Assembly (NCBI GenBank): GCA_965116925.1
Contig: OZ220744.1
Coordinates: forward strand, 1,408,001-1,472,000
DNA from: Candidatus Poribacteria bacterium
GTDB lineage: Bacteria > Poribacteria > WGA-4E > PCPOR2b
DNA: 64,000 nucleotides
Direction: 5' to 3'
The position numbers and the translations under genes were made by a program. A model generated the notes under the pieces. That model was not told the origin of the DNA, did not search any database, and saw nothing but the letters and a program-made list of their open reading frames with translations. This document shows, one piece after another, positions 18,570 through 28,504 of this stretch. How positions within the stretch are numbered: position 1 is the stretch's first letter; every line of letters starts with the position of its first letter.

Positions 18570-19598
18570 ATGGGCCTCAGAGCAGGTATTGTCGGACTCC
18601 AGAGCGTTTATTGGCCCAATGCTTTCGCAAACTGTTTGAGTGCTATCTCCCCCGTCGAACTTGTGTCATGTGCCGATCTAGACTACGACCCGGATCTGAT
18701 ATCTATCTCCCTCGGCAAAACACCGGCAGAATATGCCGCAGCGTACGGTCTCCGATTGTATCATGACCCGGTAGAAATGATTCAACAGGAGGATTTGGAT
18801 GCGGTTTGCATCTGTGCGAAGAACACCGAAGCGGTCAGTCTTGTCGAACAGGTTGCCCCTTTGGGTGTGGATATCTACATCGCCAAACCGATGGCGACAA
18901 CCCTTGAAACGGCAGAACGCATTGTAAAGGCGGTGCGTGAGCACGGAGTGATTGCCACCTCCGGCACAACGGAACGCTTCGACGGTGGTATCCGCGAGGC
19001 ATACCAGCATTTCAAGAGCGGAGCGATTGGGGAACTGATTTCGGTTCGGGCGTTGCACCAACACGGGAATATTAACAGTTTTCCAAAGGATGATTGGTAT
19101 TGGGAGGAAGCACAAGGGGGACCCGAACTGTCTCTGATTTGGTACGCTGCCGATGTGGTGAGATGGTTTGCCGGTTCAGAGGTGACAAGGGTTTACGCCG
19201 AATACGATAACTACCTTTCAGATCGCTCGCCTTTTATGGACAATGGCAAGATTATCCTACGATTTGAGAATCGGGTCATGGGGTCGATTGACATCTATTT
19301 TTCCGTTGACGGTTTTCGGCTGCCCGCTTATGAGGTTGAGTTAGTCGGCACAGCAGGTGCGATTCGGACGCAGCAAAGCGTGTATGAAGGAACGCTTTTC
19401 ACAAAAGAGGGAATCAGTAATTTTTACCGAATCCAAAATAACAACTTGCTCGACGAAATGACCCATTGGGTGGAATGTTGCCAGAACAAAACAGATCCGG
19501 ATTTGACCATCGAGGATGCACAGCATGTGATTGAGTTATGTCTCGCCTGTCGCCAGTCTGCACAGACGCATACGCCGGTTACTCTCCCTTTTGATTAA
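18570..19598 (+). CDS. Gfo/Idh/MocA family oxidoreductase
   Basis: N-terminal Rossmann-like region, IAKPMA, GAIGELIS. Confidence 0.85.
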   Translation: MGLRAGIVGLQSVYWPNAFANCLSAISPVELVSCADLDYDPDLISISLGKTPAEYAAAYGLRLYHDPVEMIQQEDLDAVCICAKNTEAVSLVEQVAPLGVDIYIAKPMATTLETAERIVKAVREHGVIATSGTTERFDGGIREAYQHFKSGAIGELISVRALHQHGNINSFPKDDWYWEEAQGGPELSLIWYAADVVRWFAGSEVTRVYAEYDNYLSDRSPFMDNGKIILRFENRVMGSIDIYFSVDGFRLPAYEVELVGTAGAIRTQQSVYEGTLFTKEGISNFYRIQNNNLLDEMTHWVECCQNKTDPDLTIEDAQHVIELCLACRQSAQTHTPVTLPFD

Positions 19599-19611
19599 CG
19601 GAGAATCAATT

Positions 19612-20439
19612 ATGAGCCCGATATTTCGCATTGACACACCTTCGCAAGAAAATCTCGAAGATTTTCATAGGGACGGCTACGTTGCGATACCTGAAGTTTT
19701 TGCGGAGGAAGCACTCTCGAAGTTGACGGCGGAGGTCCTCAATATGGAGGGTGCCCGTGAATATCTCCGCGCCTTAGACGAAGAGCAGGGTAGACCGAGC
19801 GATCCAACTGTATACTTTGTTAGGCCGTGGAACGACAGAGGTCCGTGGGCTGACCGCCTTATTGATGCACCGCTTGTTACGGCGTTGCTCCAAGCCACCA
19901 TTGGTCCCGATTATCACTTCTGCCATTCGGCACTGAATATCGCCCCTCGCGGCGCAGGACGACTCGGCTTTCATCAAGACCACCACCATTGGCGGCATGC
20001 GAACCCCGTCAATCTTGCTGAGAGGGACAAATGGTACATCCAGATACTTTACTACCCCAACGGGTTCACACGCGGAGACAGGAGTCTTTCGGTTATTCCG
20101 GGGAGTCACCGGGTTCCGCCAACGGAAGATGTTACGCCGGAAAGGCTGCTTGCGGGAGAATTTGACGATGTTGCCGGTCGTAAACTTGCGGCGAGACATC
20201 TAGAACTGCCGCCGGGAAGCATGGTTTATCTCAACGCCAGAATGTTTCACGGGGTTGAACCGAAGCCACTGGACTCACCGCAGCCGTTTAGACTTTTCCT
20301 TATTGATATCTTCAAAGAGGTAGGACCACCACACCGCTACACACAGGAAATCCCACCCGAATGGATTGAACGTGCAGGACCCGCACGGAAAAAGATGTTC
20401 TTGCGCGAAGCGTACACGCCGGAGTGTTGGATTAGCTGA
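19612..20439 (+). CDS. Phytanoyl-CoA dioxygenase (PhyH) family protein
   Basis: FHRDGYV, FHQD, VIPGSH, MFH (HxD...H triad). Confidence 0.85.
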   Translation: MSPIFRIDTPSQENLEDFHRDGYVAIPEVFAEEALSKLTAEVLNMEGAREYLRALDEEQGRPSDPTVYFVRPWNDRGPWADRLIDAPLVTALLQATIGPDYHFCHSALNIAPRGAGRLGFHQDHHHWRHANPVNLAERDKWYIQILYYPNGFTRGDRSLSVIPGSHRVPPTEDVTPERLLAGEFDDVAGRKLAARHLELPPGSMVYLNARMFHGVEPKPLDSPQPFRLFLIDIFKEVGPPHRYTQEIPPEWIERAGPARKKMFLREAYTPECWIS

Positions 20440-20460
20440 TTTTGAGGGCAAGGGTAGGTG

Positions 20461-21348
20461 TTACATTTCTGCTACCGTGAAGAAATCAATGGCTTCTAAC
20501 TCCGCTTTTAACTCCTCTCGTTTCTCCGCGGCGAAGGGAAGTTGAGGTAGGCGCGGCTTCCCACAATCGAAACCCAACATTCGCATCACCTCTTTGAGCG
20601 CGCCAAAGAAACCGAAAGAAAACAGCACACGGGTCACTTGATTGGCGCGGACTTGTAAATGGTGTCCCCGAGCGATGTTTCCTTGTTTGTAACTGTTGTG
20701 CATCTCACGATAGATACCGGGGATGTAGTTGAGCGTCGAACCGATATTACCGCACGCGCCCTGCATCGCGGCGTAAATACACTGCTCATCCATACCCGAA
20801 AAGATGCTCCAGTTATCACCGCGTAACTCCACAATTTCTCTAAACTCATACATATTGGGGCCCGTGTACTTCGCGCCGGCAACGGTAGGGATGTCCATCA
20901 ACTGTCGCATCAACGCCACGGCATCTGTGGGACCACCGAATATATAAGTTAGCAGCGGTATATTAGGAGCAGCAGCACCAACCCGCGCAAAGTACGCATA
21001 CAAACTCTCACTGTTCTGAAACATCGGTGGGATAACACTACTTATCCCTGCAGCTCCTACCTCTTGGGCATGTTCCGCCAATTGGACCGCATCGCCGACA
21101 ATCATGCTACCAATATGTACAATGGTAGGCACACGCCCATTCACTTGGTCAACGACGGTTTCAGTGACCAATTTTCGCTCTGCTGGCACCATGAACATCC
21201 CTTCTCCGGTGCCCCCGCAGACGTAAAATCCTCCAACCCCTTTATCGAGCAAATACTCTACTAGCTCCCGTAACACCCGTACATTCACCTTATCTTCGGC
21301 AGTGAAGGGTGTCACCAAAGCGGGCCATGCACCATTAAAACTGGACAT
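20461..21348 (-). CDS. DHDPS/N-acetylneuraminate lyase family aldolase
   Basis: ALVTPF, GGTGEG, Schiff-base lysine in GAKYT, GSTLN. Confidence 0.88.
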   Translation of the reverse strand: MSSFNGAWPALVTPFTAEDKVNVRVLRELVEYLLDKGVGGFYVCGGTGEGMFMVPAERKLVTETVVDQVNGRVPTIVHIGSMIVGDAVQLAEHAQEVGAAGISSVIPPMFQNSESLYAYFARVGAAAPNIPLLTYIFGGPTDAVALMRQLMDIPTVAGAKYTGPNMYEFREIVELRGDNWSIFSGMDEQCIYAAMQGACGNIGSTLNYIPGIYREMHNSYKQGNIARGHHLQVRANQVTRVLFSFGFFGALKEVMRMLGFDCGKPRLPQLPFAAEKREELKAELEAIDFFTVAEM

Positions 21349-21411
21349 AAATTCCCTCCGTTTTTGACTATGATTTATATGAGAAATTCCCCCGTGACAC
21401 CGGAATTGCGG

Positions 21412-22302
21412 TTAATCTGTCCGGTGCATCGTTACCCCTCTGGGATGCTCAAGGGCATCAATCCAAAGCCGGCACCATTCATCATAATCACGCAAAACAC
21501 TCGCAGGATTGCTTGGAGAGCGCACGATGAATTCTGGGTAAGCTGTTCTGCCTGTGTGATGCCCCGTGGTCTGGTAGCGCAGATCTAGGGACCACCGGCA
21601 TTTGTCCGAGACGTTGGGCACTGAGCGGTGTGGGGTGAATTTATTCAATAGGACCACATCGCCTTTGTAACAGACGAGATCCATAGGTTTGACCGACGGC
21701 AGTACCTCAGGTCGGATCGTAACGGTCGCTGCTTCTTCTTTGAAGTGACTGAGGTAGCCAAGATCAAACACGCCGGGAAGTGCCTGCATACATCCCCTGT
21801 CAATCGTTGCATCTCCCAGAGGCAGCCAGCAGGTTACGATGTTTGACACTTCAGCTTCGGGCATCATTACACCGGCGTCTTGGTGCCAAGGGACGACATG
21901 GAATGAGGGTCCAGTGTGTCCATCGTATGCTGTCGGCGGTTTAGTCCGCGCATGTTGAATAGGATTACAGGTGATTTCTGGTCCGACAAGTGATTCTACT
22001 GTATCAAGCAGATGCTCATTGTGCAGAAACTGAAACATCGCCTGACCACGAGATGTACTGATGTCGAGTCCATCACCAACCTCTTTGCACTGCTTATACA
22101 GGAGCCCAAAACGTCTGTCGAAGGGAGCATCAGGATAAAGTTTCTCAATTTTCCCCGCAGTGTGTAATTCACATGCCCGTCTATCGACCCAAGCCACAAG
22201 TTCATCAATTACAGGATCTAACTCGGATTCAGGTACGGCATTCTTGACAATTAACACTCCATTCTTCGTAAATTCCTCAATTTGGTCGTCTGTCAATTTC
22301 AT
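21412..22302 (-). CDS. Phytanoyl-CoA dioxygenase (PhyH) family protein
   Basis: Starts MKLTDDQIEEF; PWHQD, GCM..LPG, PHRS.PN, RWSLDLRY. Confidence 0.88.
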   Translation of the reverse strand: MKLTDDQIEEFTKNGVLIVKNAVPESELDPVIDELVAWVDRRACELHTAGKIEKLYPDAPFDRRFGLLYKQCKEVGDGLDISTSRGQAMFQFLHNEHLLDTVESLVGPEITCNPIQHARTKPPTAYDGHTGPSFHVVPWHQDAGVMMPEAEVSNIVTCWLPLGDATIDRGCMQALPGVFDLGYLSHFKEEAATVTIRPEVLPSVKPMDLVCYKGDVVLLNKFTPHRSVPNVSDKCRWSLDLRYQTTGHHTGRTAYPEFIVRSPSNPASVLRDYDEWCRLWIDALEHPRGVTMHRTD

Positions 22303-22425
22303 CTGATTGCACCTAAATCCTCTATTATAGTAGATTTTAGAATTAATAGGACACGCCAAACCGGTGCGGTTATATGAAGTTTAAGTATTTAAATCGGTAA
22401 TCCCGAATATGGTAGGCGCGGTTTG

Positions 22426-23666
22426 ATGAAGATTAATTTATTAATTCGGTAATAATCCGACATAGTGTAGTAGTTGCTGTGACCCGTCTTTAAACTGCTG
22501 CATGAAGGCAAGCACTTTGTCTTGAAGTGCCTGCCAGTCATTACTGAGCCGATGGAGATGTATAACCGACTGACGCACCCAGCGCCACAACTTCTCAATT
22601 GGGTTTGTCCACGCGGCATAGGTCGGCAGTTGCAATATCTCAATAGGGAGTTTGGCGAGTTTGCCGATTTTGTTTGACGGTTTGCCTGTCCAGTTAGGCG
22701 GTGTGGGTTTGGCAAACGTCGTTGTCTGTTGCAGGAGTGCTGCGGTAAGGTTCGGATGAAAGTGTATCGCCCGATTATCCTGAACCAGATAGATACGTTC
22801 GGCTTTTGGGTAGTGTTGGCAAATCTGTGTGTAAAAGGTATGCAGTGCGACCACTGTGCAGGTTTCGACCTGCTGGTAAATGACCTCCCCTGTGTGTGGA
22901 TTGAGCGCACCGATGCCATAACAGGTTTCTTCGGAGCAGTGACTGCGCCGTGCCAAGGGATGCTTCGTGCCGGTCTCTGCCCAGTCTTTTGCGAGGGTCG
23001 GTTGTCGTTTGAAGCTAAACTCATCTTGGTAAAGCACAACGCAAGTTTCCAGCGTGTCACGTGCAGTTTCTAAAGCGTGCTGGACGCAAGAAAGTTTTTC
23101 AGTATAATCGGCATCCGGACTCCGCACATAGTCTCTGGCACGCTTATAGCTGATCCCCACCCGTGAGAGGATTTGGTGAATGCCCGGCACAGAGATGTCC
23201 CGCAACCAGGGTACGACCTGACCGAGTGTGTGCAGCGTCCAGCGGGTTTGATACGGAGGGATTTGCCCCGGATCTTGACCGATAGCTTGTAAGAGTTCTG
23301 ATTTGGCAACTTCAGCCGACTTGGGGAAAAAAGCGGGTTTTCGACCTCGACCGGGATTATGAAACAGCCCACGCAGACCTTGTGCGCGATAGCGACGCAA
23401 CCACGCATAGACGGTGTCAGGGTCACGTTTTTTTAGCAAGCCCTTACGTGCAACTTCATGCGGAGAAACGCCTTGATGTATTTTCAACAGTGCCGTTGCT
23501 CGTTCTCGGAGATAAGCCGGTTCGCCTTTATCTCGGAGTTCAACCAGGGCTTGGATTTCGGATTCACTCAACTCAAGTGTATGATGTTTTGCCATCAGAG
23601 AATACCTCCTTTGGCACTACGATAACACAAATAACAATATTACCGAATTATTTTTTTAATCTTCAT
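22426..23666 (-). mobile_element. IS630-family insertion sequence
   Basis: 28-bp imperfect TIRs ATGAAGATTAATTTATTAATTCGGTAAT / ATTACCGAATTATTTTTTTAATCTTCAT around a transposase. Confidence 0.9.
22441..23595 (-). CDS. IS630-family transposase (intact)
   Basis: HTH, PGRGRKP, DDE triad YQDE / VQDNRAIH / NPIEKLW; stop codon lies within the TIR. Confidence 0.93.
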   Translation of the reverse strand: MAKHHTLELSESEIQALVELRDKGEPAYLRERATALLKIHQGVSPHEVARKGLLKKRDPDTVYAWLRRYRAQGLRGLFHNPGRGRKPAFFPKSAEVAKSELLQAIGQDPGQIPPYQTRWTLHTLGQVVPWLRDISVPGIHQILSRVGISYKRARDYVRSPDADYTEKLSCVQHALETARDTLETCVVLYQDEFSFKRQPTLAKDWAETGTKHPLARRSHCSEETCYGIGALNPHTGEVIYQQVETCTVVALHTFYTQICQHYPKAERIYLVQDNRAIHFHPNLTAALLQQTTTFAKPTPPNWTGKPSNKIGKLAKLPIEILQLPTYAAWTNPIEKLWRWVRQSVIHLHRLSNDWQALQDKVLAFMQQFKDGSQQLLHYVGLLPN

Positions 23667-23771
23667 TCAACCGCGCCGGCGTCGCTAGCAAATTACCGAA
23701 CTGTTTTTTTTATCTTCATAAAACCGCACCTACCGGGGGGCGCAAGTGTTTCTTTATTTTTTGAATTCACT

Positions 23772-23910
23772 TAGGAGTTACGCAGTTCAGTTTGTAGTAG
23801 CGCAATTCATTGCGCGTCCCGACAGGCTTGCCCGACTATAAACCGAAAATCTGACTGTAGGGGCAACCCTTGTGGTTGCCCGCTTTGAACGTTCAAGTGC
23901 GTAAGTCCTA
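23772..23910. mobile_element. MITE family C with 6-bp target duplication
   Basis: TIRs TAGGAGTTACGCA / TGCGTAAGTCCTA; TTCACT at 23766-23771 and 23911-23916; two internal GTAG hairpins. Confidence 0.8.
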
Positions 23911-24008
23911 TTCACTATAATATGAACCACAATTGCGAGAGACGTACATCAAATCAAAGCACAAGCAGCAGGATATCGAAGTGTTTTTTTGTGTCGTTGA
24001 CTTCACGC

Positions 24009-26828
24009 TTAAAATGCCTGACCGAGCTGGAGGTAAAAGATGGGTTTAAATTCTCTCATTAACGGCACTCCCATGTCAATACGGGCAGGTCCGAGCGGGG
24101 TCTCTAAGCGCACACCCGAGCCTATTGCTATACGCGGAAGGTCTCTCTGGATATCCGAAAATTTATCCCATACATTGCCTGTATCCAAAAACAGGGCACC
24201 ACCGATGAACCTATAGATTGGAAAACGGAGTTCCGTGTTCAAAATGAATAACACATCGCCACGATGATTGCCGAATTGATCTTGCGGTCCAAGGCTCCGC
24301 TCCGGGTATCCCCTAACCGTATTTGATCCGCCGGCATAGAAACGCTCGAAGGAGATGATCTCCCGGTCCCGGTTTCCTCTTAGTCCTTTTTCATACCCAA
24401 GGCGAATCGCGCTGGCAAGGACAGCATCTCTCCAAAACTGCCAATAGTAGCGATGATCAGTTGTAAATTTGAAGAAACTGGTTTCCCCTCTGAGAAATCC
24501 ACCCGCATACTCAATCGCAACTTCATTGAACCAACCGTTTTTCGGATTCAGGAAATGATCTCGGCTGTCTCGATGAAACTCAACACCGAGACTGCTCACT
24601 GTGGTCTGAATTTTAGGTGGGTCGTCATGGTCACGTAGGTCTTGAGATTTGTACTGTAATGCAAGATTGCTGTATTGCCCCAACCGTTTGGCAAGGTTCG
24701 CCGTTCCACCACGCGCCCGTATATCTTCATATTCCTCAAGATTATCGTTGAATAGGCGAAAAGTTCCTATTGTCGGTCCGATGAGTTTATCGAGGGGCGT
24801 AAGGTTGAACCACGGTTCAATCAACGTTATTTCATACAAATTGCCTCTTGTGCCTCGACTCACCTTGCCACTGATTTTCATGTTACGTTTGAACAGGTTG
24901 TTGTGTGCAAGTCCCAATGTTCCGCGAATACCCTCAGAGGAGATATATCCCCCGCTGACGCTGATTGCCCCTGGTTTTTTTACCTTAACACCTACATTAA
25001 CATTAATAATTTCCGTATTTTCAACATATTGATCAGATGGCTCAATTTCAACTTCTTGGAAAAGACCTGCGGTCAATAAACGTCGTCGAGATTCCGTTAA
25101 TAATCGTTCTTCGTTAAATGCCGCTCCTTCAACTAAGCCGAGGTTCTCAAATGTTCGCTGCAAAACATGCAGTTTAATTTGCCCATCCCCATCGAAATAG
25201 AATTTGCCAAATTTGGCTTGAATCCCTTCAGAAATCCTATAGGTAAGTGTGCGCGTCTCCGGCTGATAGTCGTGACTGATATGTGCATAAATATATCCTT
25301 TCTCATTGTAAAGGGATTCGAGCTGCCGCTCGCCATAATTCGCAATCTCTAGGCTGTAAGGCGTTCCGGGTTTTGCGTCAAGTTTTGCATATAATTCAGC
25401 TATCTCAAAGATTGTGACCCCTTCTATTGAAACACGATCTATGATTTTCTGTTCTCCTTCGTAGATTTTTATATCTAAAATGAGCCGGTCATCCTTATCG
25501 ATCTTAGGGGCATTACTCGTAACCCGAACATCTGGATAACCTTTGCTTTTATATTCGAGTTCCAATGCACGTTTGTCCATTTCAAGTGTTGTCGGGTTAT
25601 AGATACCTTTGGACAACAACCATCCAAATCCCGGGACTACAAACCTACTGCGAGGTTGGGTTTCCATCAGATCTAGCAAGAAGGCATCTGTAAATGCGGT
25701 GTTCCCCTCGAAATTGATATGCCGAATTCGTGGGGCTTGCCCCAGCTGAATCTCGAAATAGATAGCCACTTCTTGACCCGATTTTTCCTCCCTCCTATGA
25801 CTTACTTTCGGGTCGTAATACCCTTTCTCTCGATAGATTTGAAGAATTTGTTGTTCTGTACTTTTAAGAATTGTCTCCGAAAAGTTCTCCCGTTTGAATA
25901 GAGTTAGCTTTTGCTGGAGTTCCGATTCATCGATACCATCACCAACAAATTTGATTTCGATCTTTTTTCCTTCAATAATTTCGTAGTTCAGGATAACTGT
26001 ACTAGCTGCGTCATCGTAGTTACGGCGAGGTATGACTTTTACAGTAAGATACTCATTTTTCCGGTATAATTCTCGAATACGGTTGGCATCGGCATCAACA
26101 GATTGTTTTTGATAGGTTTTACCTCTTTCACCTTTAATGGTTTCTTCTAACTTTTCAACATCAATTGATTTGACGCCTTCAAATCGGATGTCCTGAATAA
26201 GTGCTCGGTTCCCCTCATCAATATTATATAACAAATCAATCTGACGCGAGGAGTTGGGATTAGGAATAGGGGTTAGACGAATTTCTGTCTGAAAATATCC
26301 GTAATCTTTGTATAAATCGAGAACTTTACGCCGGTCATCTTCTGCAATCTCAAAGGAATATTCCTTTTTTGGACGAGAGACTACCACGTCAAGCAGCAGA
26401 CTTTCACTTAGACTGTTCCCCTTAAACTCGATTTTTCCGATTCGTATCTTGCCGGTAAGATCGAACCTCAATCGCACCCCGTTTGGACCAAGCATTTCGA
26501 TTGCTGTAATCTGAGAAAAGAGACCAATTGTATATATCCCTTCGATGCTTTTTCGGATCTGATAAGGCGAAGCAATACTTCCAATCTGTACCCGTGTCTT
26601 ACGCTTCACCTCCGCATACATTGAACCTGAACTGAGGGGTTCACCATCCAATCTGTAATGGATTTCAATAACGGGAGGACTCTCAGACTGGCTCCAAGCC
26701 AAATTGAGGGAAACAGCAGAGGAGATAAGCATCACGGGAAGCAATAACGGAAAAAGGTAGGACATGAAAGAAGGATTAAAGGGGAGTTGCGTCGTTTTAT
26801 GAATTTGCAGATTTGCCCATTTACCCAT
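24009..26828 (-). CDS. Omp85-family outer membrane protein (BamA/TamA-like) with multiple POTRA domains
   Basis: Repeated Y...GY POTRA motifs, FYAGGSNTVRGY, TPLGPARID, C-terminal LGQAF. Start codon uncertain (26765-26897). Confidence 0.9.
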   Translation of the reverse strand: MGKWANLQIHKTTQLPFNPSFMSYLFPLLLPVMLISSAVSLNLAWSQSESPPVIEIHYRLDGEPLSSGSMYAEVKRKTRVQIGSIASPYQIRKSIEGIYTIGLFSQITAIEMLGPNGVRLRFDLTGKIRIGKIEFKGNSLSESLLLDVVVSRPKKEYSFEIAEDDRRKVLDLYKDYGYFQTEIRLTPIPNPNSSRQIDLLYNIDEGNRALIQDIRFEGVKSIDVEKLEETIKGERGKTYQKQSVDADANRIRELYRKNEYLTVKVIPRRNYDDAASTVILNYEIIEGKKIEIKFVGDGIDESELQQKLTLFKRENFSETILKSTEQQILQIYREKGYYDPKVSHRREEKSGQEVAIYFEIQLGQAPRIRHINFEGNTAFTDAFLLDLMETQPRSRFVVPGFGWLLSKGIYNPTTLEMDKRALELEYKSKGYPDVRVTSNAPKIDKDDRLILDIKIYEGEQKIIDRVSIEGVTIFEIAELYAKLDAKPGTPYSLEIANYGERQLESLYNEKGYIYAHISHDYQPETRTLTYRISEGIQAKFGKFYFDGDGQIKLHVLQRTFENLGLVEGAAFNEERLLTESRRRLLTAGLFQEVEIEPSDQYVENTEIINVNVGVKVKKPGAISVSGGYISSEGIRGTLGLAHNNLFKRNMKISGKVSRGTRGNLYEITLIEPWFNLTPLDKLIGPTIGTFRLFNDNLEEYEDIRARGGTANLAKRLGQYSNLALQYKSQDLRDHDDPPKIQTTVSSLGVEFHRDSRDHFLNPKNGWFNEVAIEYAGGFLRGETSFFKFTTDHRYYWQFWRDAVLASAIRLGYEKGLRGNRDREIISFERFYAGGSNTVRGYPERSLGPQDQFGNHRGDVLFILNTELRFPIYRFIGGALFLDTGNVWDKFSDIQRDLPRIAIGSGVRLETPLGPARIDMGVPLMREFKPIFYLQLGQAF

Positions 26829-26936
26829 GCGTATATTCTCACCTCCTTTCTTTCCTTGCAACTCAGTTGGCAGGGTAGGAGTTACACCATTGCACATCTT
26901 AACTCAAGGGTCCCAGGGGACAGATTCCTTTATTTT

Positions 26937-28238
26937 TTACTCCACTTCGGAGAGGAGTCGTCTCAACTCTCCCTTAACCAGCTCATGTGTTTCCGTCTGT
27001 TTTAGGTATTGATCAAGGTCGTATACCAACTGCGGATTGACCAATGCAGTCACTTTAATTTGCCTCATCAGCGGCTCTTTCCGAAGCAGCTGAACAATGC
27101 GCAGTCGATCTTCCGCGTTCGTAATTTTGCCGGAAATCAACGCTTTAATAAGCTGAGCGGTCAACCCCTTTGCTAGCTTCTGTTCCGCATGGATACGCAG
27201 TGCTTCAGAAGCCGCTTGCTTTGCAGGGTTATCGGCTGCGCCTGTGAGGACTTCGGTGAGGGGTACGACTGCTTGTGCATCTGGCTGATTTTGAAATGCT
27301 TGTGCCGCATAGGTCACGACCTGATCATCGGTGTCCTGAAGTGCTTTCAAAACTTTACTTGCCGGATAATCGCGAAGATGTATCATCGCACGTGCGGAGG
27401 CACGACGGACGTTCACATCATCGTCGTCCAACCCTTTAATAATTGCCGTTGAGTATTCATGCTTTCCGAGCCTGTAGAGAGTAACACTGATTTCCATCTT
27501 CACTCCGGCCTCCTCGGTATTGCTGTGGATTGTTTCCAAATCTTCAAGTCCCCGTGGTTCACCGATTCGTCCGATCAGGCGTACGAGTTCAATTTTCGCC
27601 TCTGTTGATGTGTCAGCATTCTGGATGGCATCAACCATTAAGCCAAGCCCATCACTGCCAATTTGATACATCATCTCTACGATGTCACCACGCAGGCTTA
27701 GAAAATCAGCTTGACCTAAGGCACTAATCAGCACAGGGAGTGCATCTACGCCCTTGGCGATGACCACCTGCATCGCATCTTTCTGAAGGCGAGAACGTCT
27801 AACCAAAATTTGAAGGAGGTATTCAATTTCGTCATTTCCTAACGCAGCTAACCGCTGTGTACGTTCTCTTTCAAACTCAGTTTCCAATCCTTGTGCTTTT
27901 GCAGCTCCTGTTGAGAGACCGTGTGTATATGCGAGAACTAACAATACACGAGGCGGAGCCTTGTCTAGCTCATCCATTTCGGCTTGTTTCAGATGCTTAA
28001 CCGCGTCAATGGCAAGCCCCGAATTTAGCAGTTGCTGCCGTCCAACTTTCAAGTGGTCAATTTGTTGTTTCGGTTCACAACCAGTTAGCAAGATTAACAA
28101 TGTTAGCCCGGTACAAAGCATCATTCTGATTGAAATAAAGGATTTAGGAATCGTTCTAATCGAGAGATCCTTTGCACCATTCAAGATGGGAGAATCTGCT
28201 TGAGGAGTAGCGGGCATTGTGGTTACATGTTTTTTCAT
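26937..28238 (-). CDS. HEAT-repeat lipoprotein
   Basis: Lipobox LLTG-C; repeats such as LDDDDVNVRRASARAM, LQDTDDQVV. Start uncertain. Confidence 0.8.
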   Translation of the reverse strand: MKKHVTTMPATPQADSPILNGAKDLSIRTIPKSFISIRMMLCTGLTLLILLTGCEPKQQIDHLKVGRQQLLNSGLAIDAVKHLKQAEMDELDKAPPRVLLVLAYTHGLSTGAAKAQGLETEFERERTQRLAALGNDEIEYLLQILVRRSRLQKDAMQVVIAKGVDALPVLISALGQADFLSLRGDIVEMMYQIGSDGLGLMVDAIQNADTSTEAKIELVRLIGRIGEPRGLEDLETIHSNTEEAGVKMEISVTLYRLGKHEYSTAIIKGLDDDDVNVRRASARAMIHLRDYPASKVLKALQDTDDQVVTYAAQAFQNQPDAQAVVPLTEVLTGAADNPAKQAASEALRIHAEQKLAKGLTAQLIKALISGKITNAEDRLRIVQLLRKEPLMRQIKVTALVNPQLVYDLDQYLKQTETHELVKGELRRLLSEVE

Positions 28239-28504
28239 AAAATTTAGTTCTCCTGATTTCTTAATAGTTTCTTTACGATGATGTTCTAGCACTGACATCA
28301 CCATATAATATACAGTTGGCTTGCCCCCAAAGATACGGGCAGCTCACAGATAAGATACGGAAAAAGTGATTGTAACAGGGAGATGTTACAAGATTATGGT
28401 AATTTCGTTAGATTTTTGTATCATGGGTGTCAATCAGCAACCATTTAGTAGAAAGCACTCCATGTCATAATTCAGCGAATACGTTAAGAGCTCAGAGGCA
28501 CTAT

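Larger units (their letters stand above)
22326..23919. mobile_element. Nested structure: MITE A containing MITE B (22374-23719) containing IS630, with MITE C inserted in the A end
   Basis: Both halves align to the 3796-4016 and 59388-59495 copies once inserts are removed. Confidence 0.8.

Noticed and set aside
22389..23426. Alternative-frame ORFs (223 aa and 118 aa) as a programmed frameshift product
   Set aside because: The transposase is complete in a single frame with HTH and DDE motifs.
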